The notes: generated by a model not told the origin, from the letters alone. Counted from the stretch's first letter, positions 20,687 to 30,838 are shown. The stretch is 64,000 nt of DNA from an uncultured delta proteobacterium (GCA_963727625.1 CAVSHR010000004.1:448001-512000), one strand, 5' to 3'. Program-made: numbers and translations.

Positions 20687-21859
20687 TCATAACGCCCCCT
20701 GCGGCATCTTGCCCAGAGCGATATCGCGTCGCTGCGCAGCGCTAAATGGCGGCGCGAAAAGGCGCTGGTCCTGTTGCCGGGCGCGAAACAGGGTCAAGAT
20801 GAAATGCATGCGTTCAGCGAAATCAGCCCAATCCGCCGCGCCGCTTTCGGCCGCGCTGATGCCGTCGGCGCGATAAGTTGCCAACAGAGCGCGCAGCCCG
20901 CTGTGTTCGACCGATTCCAAGGCCGTGGGAAACAGCGAACGGCCGGGCAGTGGCCGAAGGTCTTTGCCCAGGTGAATCTCACCATCGGGCAGGTACAAGG
21001 TCATAAACAGACGTGTGACACACCCGCGCCAGAGCCGATTGAGGTCCCGGTCGAACTCAGCGATCAACGGCTTTGCGGCGTTCGATGCAAGGCTCCGTAA
21101 TCGTTGGCGCGCAATTCCGACAGTGTTGCCGCCAAATTGTTTTTCAATCAATCCTTGCACTACCGCGTTAAAAGGAAGCTGGAGCGCGCCCGCGATGGCA
21201 GGCTGCAAGCGCACCTGCTCGTGCAATCCGGTTTGCGCATTGGCGAGCAGGATGAGTTCCGCCTTGCGATCGTCATGGCGCTCGAATTTTGCGTGGTAAA
21301 AATAGTTCACCGCGCTACGCAGCAAATCCTGGCCACCCTTTTCGGATGGGCCGGTTTTCAATTCAAGTTCATCGAGCAGACGCGCGAGTAAACTAGCTTC
21401 ACAGGTCGTCGCATGATCGAAACGCGAGCGCATTAGAGCAAATCGTGGCCCCAACTCGGCAAACACCGCAAGATTGCCCGCGGCAATATGCCGGCTTACC
21501 GCCTCAACGGGCTCCTTGATGGCCGCGGCGATTGCTTGTGGACTCAGCCCCGTGACCCCATCAAAGCGCCTCAAAGCCGTATTGATACAGCCGAGCTTCT
21601 CAGCCAGAAAGGGTTCGCTTTGCAGAGCGTCGCGAAACATTGCCAACGGTTCTCTGCGCACGAAACGTCCGGCAGTTTTTGAAGCCCAGCTGGCAAAAGT
21701 GCACCAGTTTAGGTTTTCGGCGCCGACCACGAATGCGATGGCGACCGACAAATCGTGATAGCACTGCGTGATCTTTAAATTGCGTATGACCGGTTGGGCG
21801 TCGAGCGCGATGATCGCCTCAATTTCTTGGCGCGACGGTGGCATGCTGAACTGGGCCAT
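20687..21859 (-). CDS. Conserved hypothetical protein (DUF2515-like, tentative)
   Basis: RNLKITQCYHDLS, NWCTFASWASKTAG, GLHEQVRLQP, WADFAERMHFILTLFR. Confidence 0.7.
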   Translation of the reverse strand: MAQFSMPPSRQEIEAIIALDAQPVIRNLKITQCYHDLSVAIAFVVGAENLNWCTFASWASKTAGRFVRREPLAMFRDALQSEPFLAEKLGCINTALRRFDGVTGLSPQAIAAAIKEPVEAVSRHIAAGNLAVFAELGPRFALMRSRFDHATTCEASLLARLLDELELKTGPSEKGGQDLLRSAVNYFYHAKFERHDDRKAELILLANAQTGLHEQVRLQPAIAGALQLPFNAVVQGLIEKQFGGNTVGIARQRLRSLASNAAKPLIAEFDRDLNRLWRGCVTRLFMTLYLPDGEIHLGKDLRPLPGRSLFPTALESVEHSGLRALLATYRADGISAAESGAADWADFAERMHFILTLFRARQQDQRLFAPPFSAAQRRDIALGKMPQGAL

Positions 21860-21972
21860 TGAGTTTTCTTTTTGGGCTTAATCCGGGATTTCGCATTTTA
21901 TCAAAACCACCCCAGCTGCACCATGGGAAGGTTCATGAACCGGGGGCGAAAAAGCTTGCGGCGTTCCGTCTC

Positions 21973-23127
21973 TCACGATTGATAGTTGAATACTTTCTCC
22001 AGCATTTTTTCCACTGCCGCCGACGGTGTCAGGCGCACAACGCAATCGCGCAGGCAGCAAGTAAGCGGACTTTCCGCCTGTCCGACTCGGCCGATTCTCC
22101 GCGATCGTCGGGTGACCCACGCCGTGCGCGCCATACGCTTCATCTCATAACGACGCAGGGCGATAGCTAAGGATTCTTCCTCTGACAAGCAACGCGCCAG
22201 AGCGATGCTGCTCTCGATGGCCATGCATGCCCCTTGCCCCATGTTCGGCGTGGTCGCATGCGCCGCATCGCCAAGCAAAATGAGGCGATCTGTCCCCCAC
22301 CGATCGAGCGGTTTCAAGTCGAAGATATCGTTGCGCAGAATTTCGCCCGCCGGCGTCGAGTCAATCAAAGATCTAATCGGCTCGTGCCAGTTTCGGAAGC
22401 GCCGCCGTAGGAATTCCCTGCGCTCCGCGCCGGTTTGGGTTTCCCCTGCCGGCCCGTTCGCTGTGGCAAACCAATAAACTCTCTCTTTGTCGATTCGCAC
22501 CACGCCGAAACGCATGCTCTGTCCCCAAGTCTCACAGGTGCGCGCCGGCAACGATTCCTTTTGCGTTGCAACGACACCGCGCCAAGCCGTGTAACCGGCG
22601 TAGCGCAAGCCGGTTTTCGGAAAAAGTCGCTGACGCAACAGAGAATGAATACCGTCCGCGCCGACGATCAAATTGGCTCCTGCCGTCTGACCGTTCGCGA
22701 AAACCGCAGCGGCGCCGTCGGGATGCTCGACCAGGTCGATACATCGCGCGCCCGCCACCAGAACTTCACTCGGCAGCGCCGCAAGCAGAATCTCGTGCAG
22801 GGCGGCGCGATGGATCGGAACCGCGGGTGCACCAAAGCGGCGTTCGAATCCATCCAGCTGCCAGCGCGAAAGAATCTTGCCGCTGGAGTGGCGTATCTCC
22901 AGCGCTTCGATTCTCGCACCGGCCTTGATGACCGCATCGACCAAACCGAGCTGGCGCAGGGCCTTGATCGCGTTAGGCCAAAGCACCAATCCGGCGCCGG
23001 CGCGGTCAAAACCTGGCGACTGTTCGTAAACCACCGATTCCACGCCGACCCGGCGCAGCGCGATGGCGGCGCAGAGACCGCCGATGCCGCCGCCGACAAT
23101 GAGGGCTCGCTTGATAATGTTTGCCAC
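21973..23127 (-). CDS. FAD-dependent monooxygenase (group A)
   Basis: IVGGGIGGL, IVGADGIHS, LLGDAAHATTPNMGQGACMAIE. Confidence 0.93.
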   Translation of the reverse strand: MANIIKRALIVGGGIGGLCAAIALRRVGVESVVYEQSPGFDRAGAGLVLWPNAIKALRQLGLVDAVIKAGARIEALEIRHSSGKILSRWQLDGFERRFGAPAVPIHRAALHEILLAALPSEVLVAGARCIDLVEHPDGAAAVFANGQTAGANLIVGADGIHSLLRQRLFPKTGLRYAGYTAWRGVVATQKESLPARTCETWGQSMRFGVVRIDKERVYWFATANGPAGETQTGAERREFLRRRFRNWHEPIRSLIDSTPAGEILRNDIFDLKPLDRWGTDRLILLGDAAHATTPNMGQGACMAIESSIALARCLSEEESLAIALRRYEMKRMARTAWVTRRSRRIGRVGQAESPLTCCLRDCVVRLTPSAAVEKMLEKVFNYQS

Positions 23128-23189
23128 GATTTAAATCGCCGGGATCGTTGCCGCCGCGATAGCGACGTCGCGAACCGATTCGGTATGCG

Positions 23190-24281
23190 CTAAATCCCGT
23201 AAAACTTACGCGGATTGTCGGAGAGAACCTTGCGTTTCGCCTCTAGACTCAAGTTTTTCATCGCTTTGAATCTAGCGATTGCGTTGAGCTCGCTCGAAGT
23301 GTCGCCGTGGCCGTAGTCGGTGCCAATGATCAGGTTTTCTTCGCCGGCATAAGAAATCACGTAAGGAAAGTCGTCATCGCTTTGGGTCGACACGTAAATA
23401 TTAAACTCGCGCAAGCACTCGGGAGATACCGGATGCTCGCTTCCGAGGGATCGGCGTACGGCCTCGTGAACGACCCAGGGGACCCATTGGCTGGACACCT
23501 CGATGAAGCCCCAGCGCAGCCTGGGAAAAACCCGGGGAATTTCGCTCATGATCAAAGCGTAACAGGAGGTTACCGTCGGCACGCGAAAGGTCGAGAAGCC
23601 GCCGCCGGCTTCGTTGGTCAGCAGCTTGAATAGCTCGGGATTGCCGTTGGCGAGATGAACGGCGATCGGTAGATCGAGCCGTTGGGCCTCGTCGAATATC
23701 GGGTAGTAGTACGGATCCGTCACTATCCTATCTCTCTCGAATGGCCGCATGCACACCGCCACCGCGCCGTGTTCCTTGGCGAATCGAATTTGCGGAACGG
23801 CTTCCTTGGGGGTCAACGCGGGTATGACGCAGGTCCAGCGCAGACGACTCTCGCCTAACTTCCAGACATCGGCAAGCCAGCGGTTCCATGCCCAGCTGAG
23901 CGCGATCTCCACCTCCGGCCGGCCGGTGAGCGGTGTGATCCACAGAGAGTTGTAAAGCACCTGAATATCGATGCCGAGCTCGTCCATATGCGCGAGACGC
24001 CGGGCCACGTCGGTAAGCTCGCGCGCTTGCACCGGGGTATTCACCTCGCGGCCGAACTTTTTCACATGCTCCGCCGACTGTTTTTCATCGGGTGAAGGAA
24101 ACTTGCTGCCAAGGTTTTCGCCGTCGAGCATCCAGTGCTGCCTTTGCGGATTGTCCGGCGACGTCGTCAGCGTTGGACGGTATTTTTCATCAGTGCCGTC
24201 GAGATAGTCCCAGACCCGCTCGGTCTCCACCACATGCGCGTCCGCATCGATCACGTCGGTTTTCACTTTCGCCGTCGGCAT
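23190..24281 (-). CDS. Amidohydrolase family 2 protein
   Basis: IDADAHVVE, MDELGIDIQVLY, PIAVH, FPRLRWGFIE, IGTDYGHGD. Confidence 0.9.
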   Translation of the reverse strand: MPTAKVKTDVIDADAHVVETERVWDYLDGTDEKYRPTLTTSPDNPQRQHWMLDGENLGSKFPSPDEKQSAEHVKKFGREVNTPVQARELTDVARRLAHMDELGIDIQVLYNSLWITPLTGRPEVEIALSWAWNRWLADVWKLGESRLRWTCVIPALTPKEAVPQIRFAKEHGAVAVCMRPFERDRIVTDPYYYPIFDEAQRLDLPIAVHLANGNPELFKLLTNEAGGGFSTFRVPTVTSCYALIMSEIPRVFPRLRWGFIEVSSQWVPWVVHEAVRRSLGSEHPVSPECLREFNIYVSTQSDDDFPYVISYAGEENLIIGTDYGHGDTSSELNAIARFKAMKNLSLEAKRKVLSDNPRKFYGI

Positions 24282-24470
24282 ATTCCCTCCACTCTCCAAA
24301 AAAATACCCGACTCGAAAGCCTCTGTCCAGCAAGATGGGTTTGTCGGATTTGCGGGATTGAGGCTCGATCAGACCTCATCCGACAAATGCGACGCCGCTA
24401 ATTGGAATGCCGCTGTTACACACAGAATCTTTTCGTGATAAGCCGTCGTGAAACAAAAAGGAGATTTGCA

Positions 24471-24887
24471 ATGGCTCTACCTCCCCTGCGATTTGGCCAC
24501 GTGGCCTTTCGCGTTTCAAATGTGGAACGAAGCGTCCAGTGGTACAATCAAGCTTTCGGCGCGCGCCGGGTGTTCCACGCGCCGCGCGATGGCGATCGCC
24601 AAGAGCTCATGTTCCTGGAATTCGCCAAGGGACAGTTTATCGAGTTTTTTTCCGGTGGCGTCGAGCACGTGAAACCACCGGCGAATGCGGCCGGCTATCA
24701 GCATTTTTGTCTAGCGGTCGATGACTTGGATCAGATGCTCGCGCATCTGGCGGCACTGCACGTTCAACCCCATCGCCCGCCCCGCCCGGGCCGCTCACAC
24801 TATACCATCGCGTTCGTCTCCGACCCCGACGGCAACGTGATCGAGCTCATGGAGATTACTCCCCAGTCGGCAATTTATCGCGCCTGA
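24471..24887 (+). CDS. VOC/glyoxalase family protein
   Basis: GHVAFRVSNVERS, QHFCLAVDDL, FVSDPDGNVIEL; RBS AGGAG. Confidence 0.9.
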   Translation: MALPPLRFGHVAFRVSNVERSVQWYNQAFGARRVFHAPRDGDRQELMFLEFAKGQFIEFFSGGVEHVKPPANAAGYQHFCLAVDDLDQMLAHLAALHVQPHRPPRPGRSHYTIAFVSDPDGNVIELMEITPQSAIYRA

Positions 24888-24973
24888 GCATGGAAAACAG
24901 CTTCCCTCGCAAACGCCTTGGTTGAAACCGCGAAACGACTTTGAATATACTAACTGCCATTACGGGAGGCCCC

Positions 24974-25405
24974 ATGCCAAAGATCAAGCACATCGCAATC
25001 TCCACCCAGGACCCCGACCAGACGGCCAAGTTCTACATCGAGGTATTCGGCCTGCGCGAGATCGCCAAGATCAATAGCCCGGGTGCCAGCGGATATCATT
25101 TGACCGACGGCGACATCAACCTGGCCATCCTGAAATTCAAAAACGATCAGACGGCCGGCGTGCCACAGGGAAAAGAGTATACCGGATTGCACCATATCGG
25201 CTTCGAGGTCGACCAAATGGCGGAAATCGAGCAACGGCTGAGCGCTGCGGGCGCGCCGGTTCGGGACGACATCAATGACGCTCTCGGGTTGGCCAGAGGC
25301 GGACCTGCTCATATCAATGTGGAAGTGAAATACGGCGCGCCGGACGGTGTGATCATCGATGTCTCCGAGACCGGCTGGGCGGGAACCTCGCGCCACCCGC
25401 GGTGA
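24974..25405 (+). CDS. VOC/glyoxalase family protein
   Basis: KIKHIAISTQDP, LTDGDINLAIL, GLHHIGFEVD, APDGVIIDVSETGW; RBS GGAGG. Confidence 0.9.
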   Translation: MPKIKHIAISTQDPDQTAKFYIEVFGLREIAKINSPGASGYHLTDGDINLAILKFKNDQTAGVPQGKEYTGLHHIGFEVDQMAEIEQRLSAAGAPVRDDINDALGLARGGPAHINVEVKYGAPDGVIIDVSETGWAGTSRHPR

Positions 25406-25555
25406 CCGACACGGCCGCCGCACAACTTCTATCGATCGTTCAAATTTACCGGCAATGGTCGCGGCGCTTCGACACCAACGACAAACAATCCTGACGCGAC
25501 GAGTTTATGCTTCGATCTCCGGCGTTGGAAATCCATGTGAAGCAAAGCTAATGCA

Positions 25556-27835
25556 GTGAGCGACCCCCACGTCATCCGCACCGTCTGCGACCCCAATTGT
25601 CACGCCAATCCGCGCTGCGGCATCAACGCGGAAGTCGTAGACGGCCGCATCAAAAAAATCACGCCGGGCTCCTTTCCTCGTCCCGAGTACGACGGCCGCA
25701 TCTGCGCCATGGGTATGGCGCGGCTGGAGTATCAGTACCATCCCGATCGGCTGCGTTATCCGCTGCGAAGGGTCGGCGAGCGCGGCGAGGGACGCTGGCA
25801 AAGAATCAGTTGGGATGAGGTCTTCCAGTTGCTCGCGGATCGCCTGAAAGGGATCTCGGCGCAATACGGCCCGCGTGCGCTGGCATTTTTCACCGGCAGC
25901 GGCGCTGCCGGCGTGCTCACCAAAGGCTCGGCGCAGCGCTTTGCAGCCGTCGTCGGAGGCACCGCCCAGTGCGCCGGCGGCGTCGACTATGGCGTGCCGA
26001 AGGGTCTGGAATACATGTTCGGCGTGCCGGCATCGACTTATTTCCGCCCGGGCGGTCATGAATTTGCCGACGCGGTCAACTCGCAAATAATTTTGCTCTG
26101 GGGCGGCAACGGCGCGGAGACTCGTCTGGTCGACTTTCATTTCGTCTCAGAGGCCCAGCGGCGCGGCGCCAAGATCGTTTGCATCGACCCCAACCGAACT
26201 GCGACCGCGGAGCGCGCCGACCAATGGATCTCGCCTCGCCCCGGCACGGATACCGCTTTGGCGCTCGCCATGCTCGATGAGATTTTGCGCCACGGTTGGC
26301 AAGACGAATCCTTCTTGCGTCTCCATACCAACGCGACGTTTCTGGTTCGACGGGACAAGAAAACGTTGTTGCGCCAAGCCGACCTCGTCGATGGCGGCAG
26401 CGCGGATTATCTAATCTGGGATTTGTCCCGCAATCGCCCGGTGACTCGGGGCGAGAGTGACGCGCCGGCGCTGTCCGGAAATTTTCAAGTGAGACCTGCC
26501 AGCGGCGCAACGATCGATTGCACCCCCGTGTTTGACCTATTGAGCGAGCTTGCTCGGGACTATTCCGCCGAGCGCGCCGCTGCGATTACCGGCATACCTG
26601 CGGAAACGATTCGCGCGCTCGCCCGCGAATTTGCTCTAAGCAAGCCGGCATCCATCCGAATCGGCTATGGCGTTGATCGCTGGTATTATTGCGACTACAC
26701 AGCGCGCGCCGCGGCCAATTTAGTCGTTGCCACCGGCAATATCGGTGTCGCCGGCGGCGGGATCAGCGTGCACGACGGCACCTACGGCGCGCCGCTGAAC
26801 CTCCGTCCGTTTCGTTCTCCCGACGGCCGCGAGGCCGCAACCCTCGATATCGTTTCGCTCATGAAGGCAATCGACTCTGGCGATCCCTTCCCGGTTAAAG
26901 CGCTATGGCTCTCGGCGTCGAATATGTTCAATCAGACCGCAGCCAACCGCAGTCGAGTGTTAAGCTCGATCGTACCCAAGCTCGATCTTCTGGTCGTCGT
27001 CGATCATTTCCTGACCGACACCGCCGCCCTCGCCGATGTCGTGCTGCCGGCGTGCACGATCTTCGAGAAACAAGATCTCGTCGCCGGCATGTTTCTCCAG
27101 CTCCAGCGCCGCGCCGTGAAGCCCGAAGGCGAGAGTAAAAGCGATTTCGACATTTTCGCCGGCCTGGCCGCGCGCATGGGTGTAGGAAAATATTTCGCCC
27201 ATGCCCCCGAAGAGTATCTCAGAGAAATGATGGAAACCGATCATCCTCTGCTCAAGGGTATTACCCTGGAGCGGTTAGAGCGCGAGGATGCCGTGCTATT
27301 GAATCGACCGCGTGAGCCCTACGTGGGGTTCAAGGATTTTAAGTTTAAGACCCCATCCGGCTGCATCGAGCTTTACAAAGAAGAGCTCGTGAAGCATGAC
27401 GCGGAACTGCCGTACTTTCACGAGCCGGTGGAAGCGTCTCCGGCCAACCCGCTCTTCGAGCACTTTCCTTTGAGCCTGCTCTTTTCCCACAGCCGCCACC
27501 GCATTCACTCTACTTTCGCCAATCTGCCGCGCTTTAAAGCACTCGAGCCGGAGCCGACGGTTGAAATCCATCCGTCGGACGCCGAACAGCGCGCGATCAC
27601 AGATAATCACCTGGTGCGCGTGCACAATCAGCGCGGCAGTGTCAGCCTCAAAGCGCGGTTGAACCCCAATCTCAAACCCGGCGTCGTCGTGATTTCGGAA
27701 GGCTCCTGGGTCCGAGATTTTCCTCAAGGCGACCCCTACAGCCTTACCCATGAACAGGTCAGCCCTACATCGGAAAATTTTGCCTTCTTCGATACGCTGG
27801 TAGAGATCGAGCCGGCCGACGAGCCGCCGAAGTAA
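25556..27835 (+). CDS. Molybdopterin (bis-PGD) oxidoreductase, DMSO reductase family
   Basis: N-terminal CDPNCHANPRC...RIC Fe-S motif, RLRYPLRR.GERGEG.W.RISWDE, PRPGTDTALA, TDTAALADVVLP, C-terminal molydop-binding domain. Confidence 0.92.
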   Translation: MSDPHVIRTVCDPNCHANPRCGINAEVVDGRIKKITPGSFPRPEYDGRICAMGMARLEYQYHPDRLRYPLRRVGERGEGRWQRISWDEVFQLLADRLKGISAQYGPRALAFFTGSGAAGVLTKGSAQRFAAVVGGTAQCAGGVDYGVPKGLEYMFGVPASTYFRPGGHEFADAVNSQIILLWGGNGAETRLVDFHFVSEAQRRGAKIVCIDPNRTATAERADQWISPRPGTDTALALAMLDEILRHGWQDESFLRLHTNATFLVRRDKKTLLRQADLVDGGSADYLIWDLSRNRPVTRGESDAPALSGNFQVRPASGATIDCTPVFDLLSELARDYSAERAAAITGIPAETIRALAREFALSKPASIRIGYGVDRWYYCDYTARAAANLVVATGNIGVAGGGISVHDGTYGAPLNLRPFRSPDGREAATLDIVSLMKAIDSGDPFPVKALWLSASNMFNQTAANRSRVLSSIVPKLDLLVVVDHFLTDTAALADVVLPACTIFEKQDLVAGMFLQLQRRAVKPEGESKSDFDIFAGLAARMGVGKYFAHAPEEYLREMMETDHPLLKGITLERLEREDAVLLNRPREPYVGFKDFKFKTPSGCIELYKEELVKHDAELPYFHEPVEASPANPLFEHFPLSLLFSHSRHRIHSTFANLPRFKALEPEPTVEIHPSDAEQRAITDNHLVRVHNQRGSVSLKARLNPNLKPGVVVISEGSWVRDFPQGDPYSLTHEQVSPTSENFAFFDTLVEIEPADEPPK

Positions 27836-28017
27836 ACGCGCGGATTGTTCGAGTGCGAATCAAGCTAGCGCAACGTTCGCCGCCATGATCAACTTTCACT
27901 TCGCCTGGAGCCGAGGGATTTCAACCTTCCCCGAAAGAGCCCTTAATCCTGAACCCGGCGGGCCGATCGTCATTAACGGCTTCACCCAATTCGTTCCGCA
28001 GGGCTTCGCATCGTCAC

Positions 28018-28047
28018 TTGACAATTTTTCGACCCGGGCTCTATATG
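28018..28047 (+). promoter_or_regulatory. Putative sigma70 promoter
   Basis: TTGACA, 18 nt, TATATG about 200 nt upstream of the AbrB-family gene. Confidence 0.5.
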
Positions 28048-28245
28048 CAATATCATGAACGATCGGATTGTAGCGGATGATGCGGTACTTGAAAGGACCC
28101 GCCATCAATATTTTCCGTTTCCAAAAATCCGAGGTCACAGGATTCTACCCACGCTTCGCCGGGCCGGCTCAGGATCGAAGCTGTAGAAAGGCCCCGCTCC
28201 GATTCCAGCCGCAGATTTCACAACAACTGGCGCGAACAATTTTCA

Positions 28246-29301
28246 ATGAGTGACCTCACCCATCTCCGGCAACAATTGCCCGGCATCCTCAGAGCGCTCG
28301 TCATTGGCATTCCCGCCGGTTACCTGTTCCATCGGTTGCATACACCGATCCCATGGATGATCGGCCCGATGATCGCCGTGGCAACCCTCAATCTGATGGG
28401 CGTGCCGATGCATTCGCCGCCTTTTGCGCGCCAGATGGGACAGGTGATTCTGGGCTCGGCGGTATCGCTCTATTTCACCCCCACGGTGGTTGCAACGTTA
28501 GCCGGCAACCTGCCGGCGATCCTGGCGGCGACGGCGGCGGTCTTCTTGGTCGGCGGCCTCGGTGCGATGACGTTGAGCCGGGCTTCGGGCGTGGATGGGA
28601 AATCAACCTTTTTCGCCTCGATCCCGGGCGGTGCCATGGCGATGGCGGTCCTGGCCGATCGCTACGGCGCACAGATCGCGCCTGTAGCGGTGGCGCACAG
28701 CCTGCGCGTCTCGCTCATCGTCATCATCGTCCCCTTCGCGCTCACCTACGGCGGTTTTCCGCTGGTGCCGTCGGCATACCGGCCCAACTTGCCCTTCGAT
28801 CTTACGGTGCTCTTGCCCTGGCTGGCGGTCGGTTGGCTCTTGGGCGAGGTTTCCGAACGCTGGCATTTTCACAACGGTTGTCTGTTAACGCCGATTTTTA
28901 TCGGCGCCGCTCTGACCACGAGCGGCCTCGATCTATCAGCCGTACCCCATGGCTTTACCAATTTTGCTCAGCTAATGTTCGGGCTGGTGCTCGGCGCCCG
29001 TTACGAGCGCAGTTTTTTTGTCCGCTACAAACTGTTCATTCCCTTTGCGCTGCTCAATTCTTGCTTTATCCTGGTGGCGTCCGTGATTGCCGGAGTAACT
29101 CTCGCGTGGGCCTTCGGACTGCCGGTGGCGACCATGATTCTCGCCACCTCGCCGGGCGGATTAGCCGAGATGACGATCACCGCCCAGGCCCTGCAAATCA
29201 GCGTGCCGCTGGTCGTCGCCTTTCACTTGTTTCGCGTCGTCATGGTCAACATGGGAACCCCATATTTCTACTTATTCGCCGCGCGTTGGCTTGATCGTTA
29301 G
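28246..29301 (+). CDS. AbrB-family (putative ammonia monooxygenase-like) membrane protein
   Basis: PWMIGPM, GQVILG, FASIPGG, ATSPGGLAEM..TA, VVAFHLFR; two-repeat membrane architecture. Confidence 0.88.
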   Translation: MSDLTHLRQQLPGILRALVIGIPAGYLFHRLHTPIPWMIGPMIAVATLNLMGVPMHSPPFARQMGQVILGSAVSLYFTPTVVATLAGNLPAILAATAAVFLVGGLGAMTLSRASGVDGKSTFFASIPGGAMAMAVLADRYGAQIAPVAVAHSLRVSLIVIIVPFALTYGGFPLVPSAYRPNLPFDLTVLLPWLAVGWLLGEVSERWHFHNGCLLTPIFIGAALTTSGLDLSAVPHGFTNFAQLMFGLVLGARYERSFFVRYKLFIPFALLNSCFILVASVIAGVTLAWAFGLPVATMILATSPGGLAEMTITAQALQISVPLVVAFHLFRVVMVNMGTPYFYLFAARWLDR

Positions 29302-29499
29302 GGCAAATCCGCCTCAATTAATTATACTGACGCAAATCGGTTGTTTCTCAATCAGAAATCCGCCATGGGCGAAGTAAAATCGCCGTCCCGCCGCCGCGCA
29401 GAAGATTTTTAGTTGGCGTATAATTTATCGGCGTTGTATCATTCACAGTTACGAGGAGTACGGCGTGAGCGCGCTCACGCCGAAGCATCTTAAGTTTCC

Positions 29500-29772
29500 A
29501 TGACCGATCAAGAATTGCTCACCAGAGTCGCAGTGGACCCGAATATATGCGGCGGCAAGCCGTTCATTTGCGGCACGCGAATTTATATCGCCATCATCCT
29601 CGATGCTTTGGCACAGGGACTCACCCCCGAGGAAATTACCGAGCACTATCCGACGCTGGAGCGTGACGATATTCGGGCGGCAGTCGCTTTCGCCAGCCAC
29701 CTCGCCGAGCAAAATGGCGGCCTAGCTATTGTCGGTCACCAGTGCCTCAACAAGCTAATCCACCCGCTATGA
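29500..29772 (+). CDS. DUF433 family putative antitoxin
   Basis: RVAVDPNICGGKPFICGTRI...GLTPEEITEHYPTL..DDIRAAVAFA. Confidence 0.88.
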   Translation: MTDQELLTRVAVDPNICGGKPFICGTRIYIAIILDALAQGLTPEEITEHYPTLERDDIRAAVAFASHLAEQNGGLAIVGHQCLNKLIHPL

Positions 29773-30838
29773 CTTGAAGCGCTGTCGCGTCGAAGCAGGC
29801 GGTCACCTCGGCGCCAAGCTCGAGCGCTAAAGCTTGATATTCCTTGCGGTCCAATACCGCGACCACGCCGACGCCGGCGCAGTTCAAAGTTACGCGACAA
29901 CGGGCTAACCCTGGCGTAAGCTCCGTGATTTTTCCTCTAAGGCAGTTTCGCGTTTTACTTTCGTCACCGCCTCCGCTGAGCGAAATATCTTCGCTGCGAA
30001 TGCAGGCAATTACCCTAGCCCCGCTTGGAAGCCGGCCCTGCGCGCGCAGGGTTACCGCACCAACCGCAAGCGTGGTGTAGTCGCCATTAACGCTCTGCAC
30101 CTCAGCGCCGAAACGGTTTTCAAACCCGACAATCTCGGCCACAGCCGCCGCATTGGGCCGAAGAAACAGCTCCTCGCTCGGGCCGGTCTGCAACAAACGG
30201 CCTAAATTCATGACACCAACCCGCTCCGCAAGGGCGAATGCTTCTTGCCGGTCATGAGTGACAATGACTGTCGTAATCCTGGTCTCTTTGACGATCCGAT
30301 AAAAGTCGCGCAGCAACGCTTCCCGGCTCACCGGATCGAGCGCCGCGAAGGGTTCATCCAAAAGTAAAAGTTCCGGTTCGAGCACCAGAGCGCGGGCCAG
30401 GCTGGTGCGTTGTGCTTCGCCGCCGGAAAGCGTGCGGGCCGATCGTGCGCCCAGCGCGGCGATGCCGAGCCGCTCCAACCATGGCCGCAGGCGGGTTTCA
30501 ATCTCATGCCGTTTCACCCCGCGCAGTCGCAAGCCGAGGGCCGCGTTATCGCGCACCGTGGCATTGAGCAGCAAAGGTTCCTGGAAAACCGTGGCGATGC
30601 GACGGCGCATCACCAGGGCGTTGGCGCGCTCCGCCTTTTCGCCCTTGAAGTAAACCACCCCGCTGCTCGGAGGCCGCAACAACCCCATCACCTGGAGCAA
30701 TGTTGTCTTGCCGGCGCCGTTGGGACCGAGCACTGCCAGAACTTCCCCAGGCGCGACTTCGAGACGGGTAAATTCAAGAGCAGTCTGGTCACCGTGACGG
30801 ACCTGTATATCTCGCAGATCTAAGAGACTTTCGGCCAC
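29747..30838 (-). CDS. tupC: Tungstate/molybdate ABC transporter ATPase with TOBE domains
   Basis: GPNGAGKTT, LSGGEAQR, LLLDEPF, C-terminal TOBE-like region; follows tupAB. Confidence 0.85.
   Translation of the reverse strand: MAESLLDLRDIQVRHGDQTALEFTRLEVAPGEVLAVLGPNGAGKTTLLQVMGLLRPPSSGVVYFKGEKAERANALVMRRRIATVFQEPLLLNATVRDNAALGLRLRGVKRHEIETRLRPWLERLGIAALGARSARTLSGGEAQRTSLARALVLEPELLLLDEPFAALDPVSREALLRDFYRIVKETRITTVIVTHDRQEAFALAERVGVMNLGRLLQTGPSEELFLRPNAAAVAEIVGFENRFGAEVQSVNGDYTTLAVGAVTLRAQGRLPSGARVIACIRSEDISLSGGGDESKTRNCLRGKITELTPGLARCRVTLNCAGVGVVAVLDRKEYQALALELGAEVTACFDATALQVIAGGLAC

Noticed and set aside
27896-28138. 80-aa minus-strand ORF
   Set aside because: No recognisable motif or RBS; it overlaps the likely promoter and leader of the AbrB-family gene.
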